50,326 bases of DNA from Terriglobia bacterium (GTDB lineage Bacteria; Acidobacteriota; Terriglobia; Bryobacterales; JACQDG01): contig JBGOUJ010000002.1 of the NCBI GenBank assembly GCA_041477005.1, forward strand, positions 1-50,326, written 5' to 3'. A program made the position numbers and the translations under genes. This document shows, piece by piece, positions 37,097 through 46,161 of the stretch (position 1 is its first letter; every line of letters starts with the position of its first letter). The notes beneath the pieces are model-generated. The model saw only the letters and a program-made list of their open reading frames with translations, made no database searches and was not told the DNA's origin.

Positions 37097-38203
37097 ATGA
37101 CACATTCTCAGATCAGCAGTTACGAGCCGACAGCGGTGGAGGCCAGCGTGGCCCGTCTGTTCCGGGAACTGGAGCAACGCAAGGTGCGCTACGCCGTGCT
37201 GCGCAATTACGAGCTGCTGCCCTCGCTGCGCCGCGAAGACGGCTCCGCGCAGCGCACGGACATCGACCTGGTGGTCGATTCCCGGGACCTCCCCTCCTGG
37301 CGCGAAGTCGCCAAGGATGTCGCGGAACAGAACGGCTGGGATGCTCTGACCGAATGCGATCACTGGATGCAATCGCCGGCCCAGCACCACAACGCCGAGG
37401 TCTTTCGCTTTAACCGGTTTTCACCGCCGGAGTTCCTTCATGTCGATGTGTTCCACGGCTACCTCATCTCCGGGCTGCCCCTGGTGGACGAGGCAGGGAT
37501 GCTGGCGGGAAGGATCAAAGATCCCGGGGGCCGCTTTACCCGCATCGACCCGGTGACCGAGAACCTCTACCGGCTGATGCAGGTCTACTCTCACTATTGC
37601 GAGAATCCGGCCTCTGCCAAAGTAACCCGCTATCGAAAGAGACTGCTGCAGTTCTGGGAAACGGATCGGGAACGATTCCGACGACGCCTCCGCTCCAAGT
37701 TCTTCCTTTTCGGCGAGCAGGCGGTCGAGGCGTTGCAGCAAGAGGACATGAATCGGTTCGCGCGAAAGATGCGGTGGGCGAGGTTGTATTTTACGGTGAA
37801 ATTCTCCCTGGCCCATCCTGTTCGGACACCGTGGTATTGGTTTTGCCGGAAGCGCGAGAACCGGGTCCGCTTCTTTACCCGGCCGTGCGGGCGGGTGGTT
37901 CCGACCTGCGCGGCGGAAGAGAAGCGCCAGACTTTGCGCGACGTTTTGGATGAGCTGTCGTATAAGAATTTCATGGACCGATGGGCGGAGAGGACCGCGC
38001 CGGCGCAAGATATCAGCAAGATCGAGCGCTCCGTGATGGAACAGGGGGGGTTGGTGATCGAGTGGTCCAGCCCCGAGGCCTCCGAGCTTGTCATCACGGC
38101 AGCGGACGACCGGGAAAGCATCGCCAGAAAGGTCATCGAGATCCTCCTGGTCCGCCATCCTTGCTTGTTCCGTCGGGCCGAGAAGAAAGGCATTGCGGGT
38201 TGA
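37097..38203 (+). CDS. Uncharacterised protein with nucleotidyltransferase-like N-terminal domain (paralog 2, 368 aa)
   Basis: LRNYELLP...TDIDLVVD, HVDVF; collinear with paralog 1 and the same length from ATG 37097. Confidence 0.65.
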   Translation: MTHSQISSYEPTAVEASVARLFRELEQRKVRYAVLRNYELLPSLRREDGSAQRTDIDLVVDSRDLPSWREVAKDVAEQNGWDALTECDHWMQSPAQHHNAEVFRFNRFSPPEFLHVDVFHGYLISGLPLVDEAGMLAGRIKDPGGRFTRIDPVTENLYRLMQVYSHYCENPASAKVTRYRKRLLQFWETDRERFRRRLRSKFFLFGEQAVEALQQEDMNRFARKMRWARLYFTVKFSLAHPVRTPWYWFCRKRENRVRFFTRPCGRVVPTCAAEEKRQTLRDVLDELSYKNFMDRWAERTAPAQDISKIERSVMEQGGLVIEWSSPEASELVITAADDRESIARKVIEILLVRHPCLFRRAEKKGIAG

Positions 38204-38210
38204 TACGAGA

Positions 38211-40226
38211 ATGAGCAAACTGGCAGAACAGATGGACATCGAAAACGACGCCGACCTGGACCCCGTCCCGGTCGGGCCCGCTGACGCCGCCATCGCCAAG
38301 CGAGTCGCCTGGCTGGCAAGCCTGGGGAGGCCGCGGGGCATTTGCGTGGCCTTGGCCGGGCCTGACGGCGTCGGCAAGTCCACCGCCGTTGACGCCGTCC
38401 GGGAATGGTTCGAGCGCGAGCTGCCGTTCGTCAAAATCGAGCTGAGACGATGGCGACCCGGGCTGCTCCCGGATCTGGGGTCGTTCGTGGGCAGACCCAA
38501 CGAGGCGGGCGCACCCCGGAAAACGCCGGGCCGCTTTCAGTTCGTCCGGCTGTTTTATTACCTCTTTGATTTCTGGTTAGGTACGTTGTGGAAGGACAGA
38601 CGACGCTCCTCGTTCCCCAAAGTGATCATTTACGACCGCTGCGCCCTGGATATGCGGGTGCACCCGGTCCGTTTTGGGCTGCGCTCCGCACGGGGAACAA
38701 AGCTGCTGTGGCGGGTCACCCGCAAGCCGGATCTGGTAATTTTCCTTTCTGACAGTCCAGCACGGATCCTGGAACGCAAGCGCGAGCTCGAGAAGCACGA
38801 AGTGGAAGAGCAGCTCGAAACGTGGCTCCAACTGGCCCAGGAGGGCAAGGTCCGCGCCATCATCCGCATAGACGCCGGGGCCGAGGAAATTGGGGCGCGA
38901 GTCCGGGATCTGCTGTTGGAGACTTTGGTTCGCGAGAATGAAGCAGAGGCGGCCGGCGCCGGCGCCCCCGAGCAGGGCCTGCGACGGATCGGCTCGATCC
39001 TGACGGGGAACGCCGATAGCGCGGAGCTTTCGACGACGGGAGAGAAAGCGGGTTGGGAAGAGACGGCTCGATTTGCCGTTTTGCCGACAAGCTCCAGCCC
39101 GCGATTTCTCGTTCCGCTCGAACCGCGGCAAGCCGCGGGCCGCTCGCTTGATGTTTATAACGCTCAGAAACCGTTTGCCCGGTTGTGCAAACAGTTACTG
39201 CGGGCCGGACTGAGGGCGGGGGTCGCTCAGCCCTTGCTGCGCGACCGGGCATCCCTACTAGTTCGCTCCGATATCGCAAAGGAAAGCCGGGACCTGGTGC
39301 TGCTCCGGGAACACCTGGGCAAGGTACTCGGACGCGATGACATTGCGGTTAGTGTTTCGCTTGGCACTCCCGGGGTCTATCAAAAACCGGCTCTGCAAGT
39401 AATGGATGGAGCGGGAACAATCCTGGGATACGCCAAAGTCGGCTGGAACCCCGATACCATCGGGCTGGTGCAGAACGAAGAGTCTACGTTGAAAACGCTG
39501 CAAAACGCAGCCCTCGGCGCCGCGATCGTGCCCCGGGTCTTGCACGCGGGGTGGTGGAATGGCTTCTATTTGCTGGTGCAGGAGCCCGCGGTCGGGTCGT
39601 CGCGAAAGCCTCCGGTGGAGATCGACAGCCGTCACATCCGCTTTTTAGTGGAGCTGCTCGGCGCTTTTCCCACTCAGGGAGCACTCCCCTGGAGCGAGAT
39701 CACCCCGCAGATCCATCGGCGGTTGGAGCAATTGAAGGCCGGCGGCTTCCATTACTATGCCCACACCTTGGAGACCGCCGTGAAGTATTGCCGGGGACGC
39801 GTGGGATCGGCATCGGTTCCGTGCGGCCTGGGGCACCGGGACTTTGCCCCGTGGAACACCCGCGTGAGGGACAGCAGGCTCATCGTGTTCGATTGGGAAT
39901 ACGCCGACAGTGCCACTCCGGCCGGCTGGGATCTGTTTCATTTCCTGGTCGAGGCGGCCGTGGAGCTGCAGGGCAAGTCGGCGGCGGAGATTTACCGAAG
40001 CATCCTGGGCCCGGGCGCAGTGCGTAGCCGCGTGGAGGGGTATTTCCAGAGCCTCGGCCTGTCGCAGGACTGGATCGAGCCGTTGTTCGTCTCGTACCTG
40101 GCCGAAGCTCTCAACCGAAATCTCGACCTCGAGGAGCGGACCCTCGGCAGCAAAGATGGGCTGTTGCGAAGGACCTATGGAACGCTGCTGGCGCTCGTCT
40201 GCCGCACCGGAGCAGGCGCGAGATGA
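38211..40226 (+). CDS. Fusion of thymidylate-kinase-like P-loop domain and APH/choline-kinase-like phosphotransferase
   Basis: GPDGVGKST, IIYDR, KPDLVIFL in the N-half; YAKVG, HRDFAPWN, FDWEYA, WDLFHF in the C-half. Confidence 0.78.
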   Translation: MSKLAEQMDIENDADLDPVPVGPADAAIAKRVAWLASLGRPRGICVALAGPDGVGKSTAVDAVREWFERELPFVKIELRRWRPGLLPDLGSFVGRPNEAGAPRKTPGRFQFVRLFYYLFDFWLGTLWKDRRRSSFPKVIIYDRCALDMRVHPVRFGLRSARGTKLLWRVTRKPDLVIFLSDSPARILERKRELEKHEVEEQLETWLQLAQEGKVRAIIRIDAGAEEIGARVRDLLLETLVRENEAEAAGAGAPEQGLRRIGSILTGNADSAELSTTGEKAGWEETARFAVLPTSSSPRFLVPLEPRQAAGRSLDVYNAQKPFARLCKQLLRAGLRAGVAQPLLRDRASLLVRSDIAKESRDLVLLREHLGKVLGRDDIAVSVSLGTPGVYQKPALQVMDGAGTILGYAKVGWNPDTIGLVQNEESTLKTLQNAALGAAIVPRVLHAGWWNGFYLLVQEPAVGSSRKPPVEIDSRHIRFLVELLGAFPTQGALPWSEITPQIHRRLEQLKAGGFHYYAHTLETAVKYCRGRVGSASVPCGLGHRDFAPWNTRVRDSRLIVFDWEYADSATPAGWDLFHFLVEAAVELQGKSAAEIYRSILGPGAVRSRVEGYFQSLGLSQDWIEPLFVSYLAEALNRNLDLEERTLGSKDGLLRRTYGTLLALVCRTGAGAR

Positions 40227-41506
40227 AGCAACGGCTGAGAGTCTTGGTTTCCGCTTATGCCTGCGAGCCCGACCGGGGATCCGAGCCCGGAACGGGCTGG
40301 AACTGGGTGCGGCAGATTGCGCGTTACAACGACGCCTGGGTGATCACCCGGGTGAACAATCGCCGGGTGATCGAGGCGGCTTTGGCCAAAGATCCCCTGC
40401 CCAACGCGCACTTCATCTACTTCGATCTGCCGCGCTGGGCGCGCTTTTGGAAGCGGCGCAGGCGCGGGTTGCATCTCTATTACTACCTGTGGCAGATCGG
40501 GGCTTACGTATTAGGGAAGCGGTTACATCGGCAAGTGCGCTTCGATCTGGTCCATCACGTCACTTTCGCGATGTACTGGATACCCAGCTTCCTCTCTCTG
40601 CTGCCGGCGCCGTTGCTGTGGGGGCCGGTGGGCGGCGGCGAGACGGCGCCGGCCAGCTTCCGGCGCGCCCTCGGTCTGAGAGGCAGGCTTTTCGAGATCC
40701 TGCGTAACGTGGCGCAGGCCGTGGGGCACCTGGATCCATTCGTCCGCACGACGGCTCGTCGGGCCGCCCTGGCTCTGGCCACTACCGACCAGACCGTGGA
40801 GCGCCTGAAACGACTGGGTTCCCGCAGAGTCCAGGTCTGCTCTGCCATGGGGATGCCTTCGGATGAGATCGAGTCCCTCGGCAGGCTGGAACGGGCCAAG
40901 GACGGCGTTTTCCGGCTGCTAAGCGTCGGCGAACTGCTTCACTTGAAAGGCTTCGATATGGGGATACGCGCCTTTGCGAAGCTGAAGGGCGTCCTCCCCA
41001 ACGCCGAGTACTGGCTGATCGGGGCGGGACCGGAGCGGCAGCGGCTGGAAGACCTGGCACGCGAGCTGGGAGTGGCCCAGAAGGTCCGATTCTGGGGCGC
41101 GTTGCCCAGGCCCCAGGTGCTGGAGCGGCTCGGGCAGTGCGACGTGCTCGTTCACCCCGTTCTTCACGACTCAGGGGGCTGTGTCTGCACGGAAGCGATG
41201 GCGGCAGGGCGCCCCGTGGTCTGCCTGGATCTGGGGGGGCCGGCCCTCCAGGTGACTCCGGAAACCGGGTTCAAGATCACTCCTCTTTGCCCGGAGCAGG
41301 CCGTTCGCGACCTGGCCGAGGTTATCCACCTGCTGGCGGAGGAGCCGGCGCTGCGCGCCCGCATGGGCGAGGCAGCTCGCCGCCGCGTGCGCGAGAGCTT
41401 TGCCTGGGACACCAAAGGAGACCAGCTCCGAGACATATATGCATCGATCTTGAGACCGGCGGCTACAGTCTCCAATCAGAGGGCGTCTGCGGAGCTGGTG
41501 GTGTGA
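40223..41506 (+). CDS. GT4 family glycosyltransferase
   Basis: SAYACEP..GSEPG.GW, KGFD, IGAGPE, HDSGG..CTEAMAAGRPVV. Confidence 0.9.
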   Translation: MKQRLRVLVSAYACEPDRGSEPGTGWNWVRQIARYNDAWVITRVNNRRVIEAALAKDPLPNAHFIYFDLPRWARFWKRRRRGLHLYYYLWQIGAYVLGKRLHRQVRFDLVHHVTFAMYWIPSFLSLLPAPLLWGPVGGGETAPASFRRALGLRGRLFEILRNVAQAVGHLDPFVRTTARRAALALATTDQTVERLKRLGSRRVQVCSAMGMPSDEIESLGRLERAKDGVFRLLSVGELLHLKGFDMGIRAFAKLKGVLPNAEYWLIGAGPERQRLEDLARELGVAQKVRFWGALPRPQVLERLGQCDVLVHPVLHDSGGCVCTEAMAAGRPVVCLDLGGPALQVTPETGFKITPLCPEQAVRDLAEVIHLLAEEPALRARMGEAARRRVRESFAWDTKGDQLRDIYASILRPAATVSNQRASAELVV

Positions 41507-41515
41507 GCGGGATGA

Positions 41516-41584
41516 GTCAATCCTCAGTCTTTCACCTGGGATAAGAAAATGGAATGCCTGCCGGAAGCGTATTCGAAGGCGTGA
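41516..41584 (+). pseudogene. Relic 3' end of a homologous GT4 gene
   Basis: SFTWDKKMECLPEAY vs upstream SFAWDTKGDQLRDIY (7/15 identical). Confidence 0.5.
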
Positions 41585-41710
41585 GACGACCATGACGAGC
41601 CACGCTCTCCCATCCGCTTCCGCCTCGACGGCTGGACCCTCCACGCAGACACGGTTAGGTATACAATGCCCTTGATCAAACTGAGCTCAATACTGAGCTT
41701 GGAACCGAAG

Positions 41711-42532
41711 ATGACCCAAAAAGCACCATGGGAGACGGAAACGGCTTGCGGCAGCTCAATGACCTGCTGCCCGCTGTGCGAAAGCAGCGATATCGGCGCG
41801 CTGTTCCCGAGCATATGGGTGTGGAAATGCGCGAAGTGCGGTATGATATTCCGAAATCCCCAACCCACCGAGGAGGAGTTAAGCAATTTTTACAATAAAG
41901 CCTTCCGCCCGGAAAACGTGGCTGCACACACCACGGGAATGGCGGGCACGACCCACTCGCTGGCAAGGCAGTATGTCTCTTACCTATCCCGCAAGATCGG
42001 CGTCAAGCGAAAAAGAGTCCTGGAATTCGGAGCAGGATTGGGAAACACCTGCCGGGCGCTGCGCGAGTGTGGAGCGGATGTCACCGCCATCGAACCGTTC
42101 GCCTGGAAGGAGTGTCGTAACGCCGGCATCACTACGTGCCGTTCGCTGGACGAACTGCCGGAAAGCTCCAAGTTTGATGTTATCATAGCTCTGGAGGTTA
42201 TCGAGCACCTACGCTCCCCCTGGCTGAACTTGCGGCAGCTCCAAAGCCGTTTGCAGCCGGGCGGGTGGCTTTACGCGGCGACCCCAAACGCGGGCGGCCT
42301 GCGGGCGCGCCTGCACGGAGCGCAGTGGGGGGAGCTTACCAAGTACGGACACCTGCTGTTTTACACCTCCGGTACCCTGGAGCTCGCCTTGAAAAAGGCC
42401 GGGTTTGCGCGGTGCGCCCGCGTGAGAAGTCACGTGCGGCATTCCAGGCATCCCGGCAAGGTCCTGGCGCATTACGCTCTGCAGTCGGCTGGGCTGGACG
42501 GTGATCTGAGGTACTTGGCCCAAACGGCCTAG
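41711..42532 (+). CDS. Class I SAM-dependent methyltransferase with N-terminal Cys4 motif
   Basis: CPLC...CAKCG, VLEFGAGLG, FDVIIALEVIEH, LQPGG..TPN; start uncertain (41666, 41711 or 41759). Confidence 0.85.
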   Translation: MTQKAPWETETACGSSMTCCPLCESSDIGALFPSIWVWKCAKCGMIFRNPQPTEEELSNFYNKAFRPENVAAHTTGMAGTTHSLARQYVSYLSRKIGVKRKRVLEFGAGLGNTCRALRECGADVTAIEPFAWKECRNAGITTCRSLDELPESSKFDVIIALEVIEHLRSPWLNLRQLQSRLQPGGWLYAATPNAGGLRARLHGAQWGELTKYGHLLFYTSGTLELALKKAGFARCARVRSHVRHSRHPGKVLAHYALQSAGLDGDLRYLAQTA

Positions 42533-42533
42533 G

Positions 42534-43892
42534 ATGCAAAGGATGCAGAGAGCGCCGCAAGTGTACCCAGAGCGCCCGCGAGAGCGGGTTGAGCCGCCGC
42601 TGGGTATGGTCAGTCCCGAACTCCCTTATCCAGGCAAGTCAGCCGTGCGCGCGCCTGGCCTGGGCTTGTTCCTACTTGTGTGCTGGATTCTCTCCCTGGC
42701 CGGTCTCTCGGCGCCGGGGCGCAGCGGGCCGCTGACCGTGGGAGCCCTGGACTCGATCGCGGTGGTCAAACTGGCGACGCGTGGCATTGCTTTCGTGGTG
42801 CTCGCGCTGATTCTGCTGCGATACATCCAAACCAGAAGGTCGCGGGTGCTACTGCAGCGGCTTTTTCCGCTCATGTTGTTCGCCGGCTGGACGGTTGCCT
42901 CCATCTATTGGTCGGCTCTTCGGACGGTGACCATCGGCCATGCCGGCGAGGTGGTTCTGCTTGTAATGCTGTCCACCGCCGCCGGCTTTCTTTCCCTGGA
43001 GGAAGCGGACCACAAGAGAATTTGCTGTCACCTGACCATAATTACGGTGCTGATGAGCCTGTTGTTGATCGTTCTCAACTTCGGCCAAATCCTGGCAGGC
43101 GACCGTCCGGTGGGATATATGCATCCCAATGACCTAGCCAAGACCGCCGGGGCCGGCCTGATGATGTTGACGTGCTGCCATTTGCTCTGGAGATGGCAAT
43201 GGACGCGCAGGCTTCTCGTGCCCGCGGCCGGCATTCTGTCGTTCGCGATCTTCGCCGCACGATCCCGCACGGCGTCGACTCTGACGCCTCTCATGCTGCT
43301 GCTGATCTGCTGGCTGCTCCGAAAAAGCCGCACCCTGGTTGTCGTGTGTGCTTTGTGCGGTCTGCTGGCGGCGGTGATTGCCTATAACCAGACGGCCGAG
43401 CCCTTGCAGGATTCCGTCGTAGCCTATATGGCACGCGGCCAGAGGAGCGACGAATTGGTGGGCCTGAGCGGCCGGACCGAGCTGTGGACGATCGCCTTAC
43501 AATCATTCCAGGCCTCACCGATTTTCGGCAGCGGCTACTACGTGATGACCGAGACAGGGTTCTTTGACGTGTGGGGAAAGCGCCAGTGGCAGACAGCTCA
43601 CAACGCGTTTCTGCATGTTTTGACCGGCCTGGGCCTGGTCGGCCTCTTTTTCTTTCTCTGGGGGCTGGTCGCCGCCATGCGACCGTCTCTAGTGGCTCTG
43701 AAGGACCTGGGCCGTAGCCGAAAGGCTGAGTGCCTGGCCGCCGTGATGGTGATATGGTACTGCGCCATGGGAATGTTTGAGCTGTCCTTTTTCGGGCCGG
43801 TCGACACAGCGGTGGTGATTTTCTTCGTGACACTGGGAATTTCTGCGGGCAGGCCCCCAGCCCCTGGTCCGGATCGCCTTTATCAACCATGA
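42534..43892 (+). CDS. Wzy polymerase / O-antigen ligase family protein
   Basis: Multiple TMs, HPN, SRTA, SGRTELW, PIFGSG, HNAFL. Confidence 0.82.
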   Translation: MQRMQRAPQVYPERPRERVEPPLGMVSPELPYPGKSAVRAPGLGLFLLVCWILSLAGLSAPGRSGPLTVGALDSIAVVKLATRGIAFVVLALILLRYIQTRRSRVLLQRLFPLMLFAGWTVASIYWSALRTVTIGHAGEVVLLVMLSTAAGFLSLEEADHKRICCHLTIITVLMSLLLIVLNFGQILAGDRPVGYMHPNDLAKTAGAGLMMLTCCHLLWRWQWTRRLLVPAAGILSFAIFAARSRTASTLTPLMLLLICWLLRKSRTLVVVCALCGLLAAVIAYNQTAEPLQDSVVAYMARGQRSDELVGLSGRTELWTIALQSFQASPIFGSGYYVMTETGFFDVWGKRQWQTAHNAFLHVLTGLGLVGLFFFLWGLVAAMRPSLVALKDLGRSRKAECLAAVMVIWYCAMGMFELSFFGPVDTAVVIFFVTLGISAGRPPAPGPDRLYQP

Positions 43893-44024
43893 TGGAGCGT
43901 CCCGCGTCTGTTGGGGATGCCGATCGGGTGTTACCGGGGCCTCGGCGGCGCGGAACTGTCCTTCGGCGGCGGCATCGACCCGGCGATTGCCCTCTTCTAT
44001 GTCACCCTGGAATAGCAGCGGGCC
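43893..44024 (+). pseudogene. Relic 3' end of a homologous wzy-like gene
   Basis: ELSFGGGIDPAIALFYVTL vs upstream ELSFFGPVDTAVVIFFVTL (11/19); restoring one G gives LGIAAG vs LGISAG. Confidence 0.7.
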
Positions 44025-44061
44025 AACTGTAGCTGTCACGGGTCGCGGCTGACCGGCGGTC

Positions 44062-45318
44062 ATGAGAGTGCTGATTCTCCACAACCGATACCGCTATGCC
44101 GGGGGTGAGGACACGGCGGTCGAGGGTGAAGTCCGCCTTCTGCAGAAACGGGGCGTGGAGGTGCTGTTTCACGAGGCGCACAATCCATCGCCGGATGCTT
44201 TCCCCCTCTCCGCCAAAGTGAAGTTCGCCGTGTCGTCGGGCTGGTCGAAGCAGTCCTATCGACAGGTGCGGCAATTGTGCCTCGACTACCGGCCCGACGT
44301 GGCTCACGTTCACAATTTCTGGTTCTCCCTGACGCCTTCGGTCCACGCCGCCAGCCACGACGCCGGTGTGGCGACCATCCAGACTCTGCACAATTTTCGG
44401 TTACTGTGCGCCAATTCGCTGTTTCTGCGCCAGGGCCAGATTTGTGAGGACTGTCTGGGGAAGGTCCCCTGGAGGGGAGTCGCCCGGCGCTGCTATCACG
44501 GTTCCTTTGTGGCGTCCGCAGCCGTCGGGACCATGATGGTGACCAACCGGGCCCGCGACACCTGGAACCGCCACGTCGACGCCTTCCTCACTCCCAGCGA
44601 ATTCGCCCGATCGAAATTCATAGCCGGAAACCTGCCGGCGGACCGCGTCTTCGTGAAACCAAACGTGGTGGAAGACTTCGGGCGCGCCCCACTGCCGGCT
44701 TCGGCGTCCAACCGGGTGGTCTACGTCGGCCGGCTCTCGGAGGAGAAGGGCGTTTCGCTGCTGCTGTCGAGCTGGGCGGCTTCGGGACTGGGAAGCTTCG
44801 GGCGGCTGCTGATCGTGGGGGACGGTCCGGCGGCGTCCTCCTGCCGCCTCCAGGCGCAGTCGCTGGGCCTGGAGCCTCCGAGCGTGGTGTTTGCCGGCAA
44901 GACGAGTCCCGAGGAAGTGCGCCGGCACATCGCCGAGTCCCGCGCGGTCGTGCTGCCCTCGCTGTGTTATGAGAGCTTCGGCCTCGCCGTTGTGGAAGCG
45001 TTCTGCGCCGGACGCCCGGCGGTGGTTTCCGGCATCGGCGCTCTGGCCGACATCGTGGCCGACGGCCGCACCGGCCTGAAGTTCCAGCCGGGAGATGGCC
45101 CAGCTCTGGCGGGTGCGCTCTCCCAAATCCTGCGCGACGACGCCCTGGCCGACCGGCTGGGCGACCGTGCCAGAAGCGAGTACACGGAGCGCTACACGAC
45201 CGAGCGCAACTACGAAATGCTGATGCGAGCCTACCGATTCGCAATCGAGCGCCGAGGAACCGAGCTGCCGGAAACCCTGCGGGCGCCCGAGCCGGCGGCG
45301 GATCGCAAACTGCCATGA
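44062..45318 (+). CDS. GT4 family glycosyltransferase
   Basis: HNRY...GGED, HVHN, TLHNFRLLC, VGRLSEEKG, PSLCYESFG...EAF. Confidence 0.92.
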   Translation: MRVLILHNRYRYAGGEDTAVEGEVRLLQKRGVEVLFHEAHNPSPDAFPLSAKVKFAVSSGWSKQSYRQVRQLCLDYRPDVAHVHNFWFSLTPSVHAASHDAGVATIQTLHNFRLLCANSLFLRQGQICEDCLGKVPWRGVARRCYHGSFVASAAVGTMMVTNRARDTWNRHVDAFLTPSEFARSKFIAGNLPADRVFVKPNVVEDFGRAPLPASASNRVVYVGRLSEEKGVSLLLSSWAASGLGSFGRLLIVGDGPAASSCRLQAQSLGLEPPSVVFAGKTSPEEVRRHIAESRAVVLPSLCYESFGLAVVEAFCAGRPAVVSGIGALADIVADGRTGLKFQPGDGPALAGALSQILRDDALADRLGDRARSEYTERYTTERNYEMLMRAYRFAIERRGTELPETLRAPEPAADRKLP

Positions 45319-46097
45319 GCCGCCCGCCCCGCACCCCCGCCGTGGTGACCACCAGTTGGGACGACGGACACCCGCTGGATGTTCGGGCGGCCGAGTTGCT
45401 GGCTTCCTACGGGCTGCGCGGCACCTTCTACGTGCCGGTTACCTATTCTGAGTACCCTAGACTCGACAATCAGCAGATCCTGGCGCTGCGCCGCCTGGGG
45501 ATGGAGGTCGGCTCCCACACCATGACCCACGCCGAACTGACCCGTCTCGACGACGCGGCCTTGCGCCGGGAGTTGGTCGACAGCAAGCACTACCTGGAAG
45601 ACCTGCTGGGCGAGCCGGTCCCCGCCTTCTGTTATCCCAGGGGCCACTTCAATCGCCGGCTGTGCGCTCTGGTCGCCGAGGCGGGCTACCAGTTGGGCCG
45701 TACCACGGTCGCTTTTCGGACCGACTACGAGTTTGATCCCATCCGCATGCCCGTAGGCTTTCAGTTTGTTCCCCACTCCTATCAGATTCACGTGCGCCAC
45801 GCGCTGAAAGAGGGGAACGTCAAGGGACTGATCGATTGGCACCGGCTCTGGGGCAGAGAGCGGGACTTGGTGCGGCTCTCCACGCGAATGCTGGAGCACG
45901 TTCTGGAGTCCGGCGGAATCCTGCACATTTGGGCGCATTCCTGGGAAATCGAGGAGGCCGGACTCTGGCAGAGCCTGGAAGAAACATGCAAGTTCGTAGC
46001 CGGCTGTCGAGGAATCACCCCCTGCACGAACTCGCAGGTCCTGGCGAGCCGGCCGGCGGTGGGTTCCGAGCCGTGCGCGGCAGCAAACGGCCGCTAA
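45315..46097 (+). CDS. Polysaccharide deacetylase (CE4/NodB)
   Basis: TSWDDG, GTFYV, GSHTMTH, FCYPRG, HIWAHSWE. Confidence 0.88.
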   Translation: MSRPPRTPAVVTTSWDDGHPLDVRAAELLASYGLRGTFYVPVTYSEYPRLDNQQILALRRLGMEVGSHTMTHAELTRLDDAALRRELVDSKHYLEDLLGEPVPAFCYPRGHFNRRLCALVAEAGYQLGRTTVAFRTDYEFDPIRMPVGFQFVPHSYQIHVRHALKEGNVKGLIDWHRLWGRERDLVRLSTRMLEHVLESGGILHIWAHSWEIEEAGLWQSLEETCKFVAGCRGITPCTNSQVLASRPAVGSEPCAAANGR

Positions 46098-46161
46098 CGC
46101 GAGAACTCCATGCCCCACCCCAGTGCAGGCGAAAACGACGGTAGTCCGACTGGCCGGTGAA

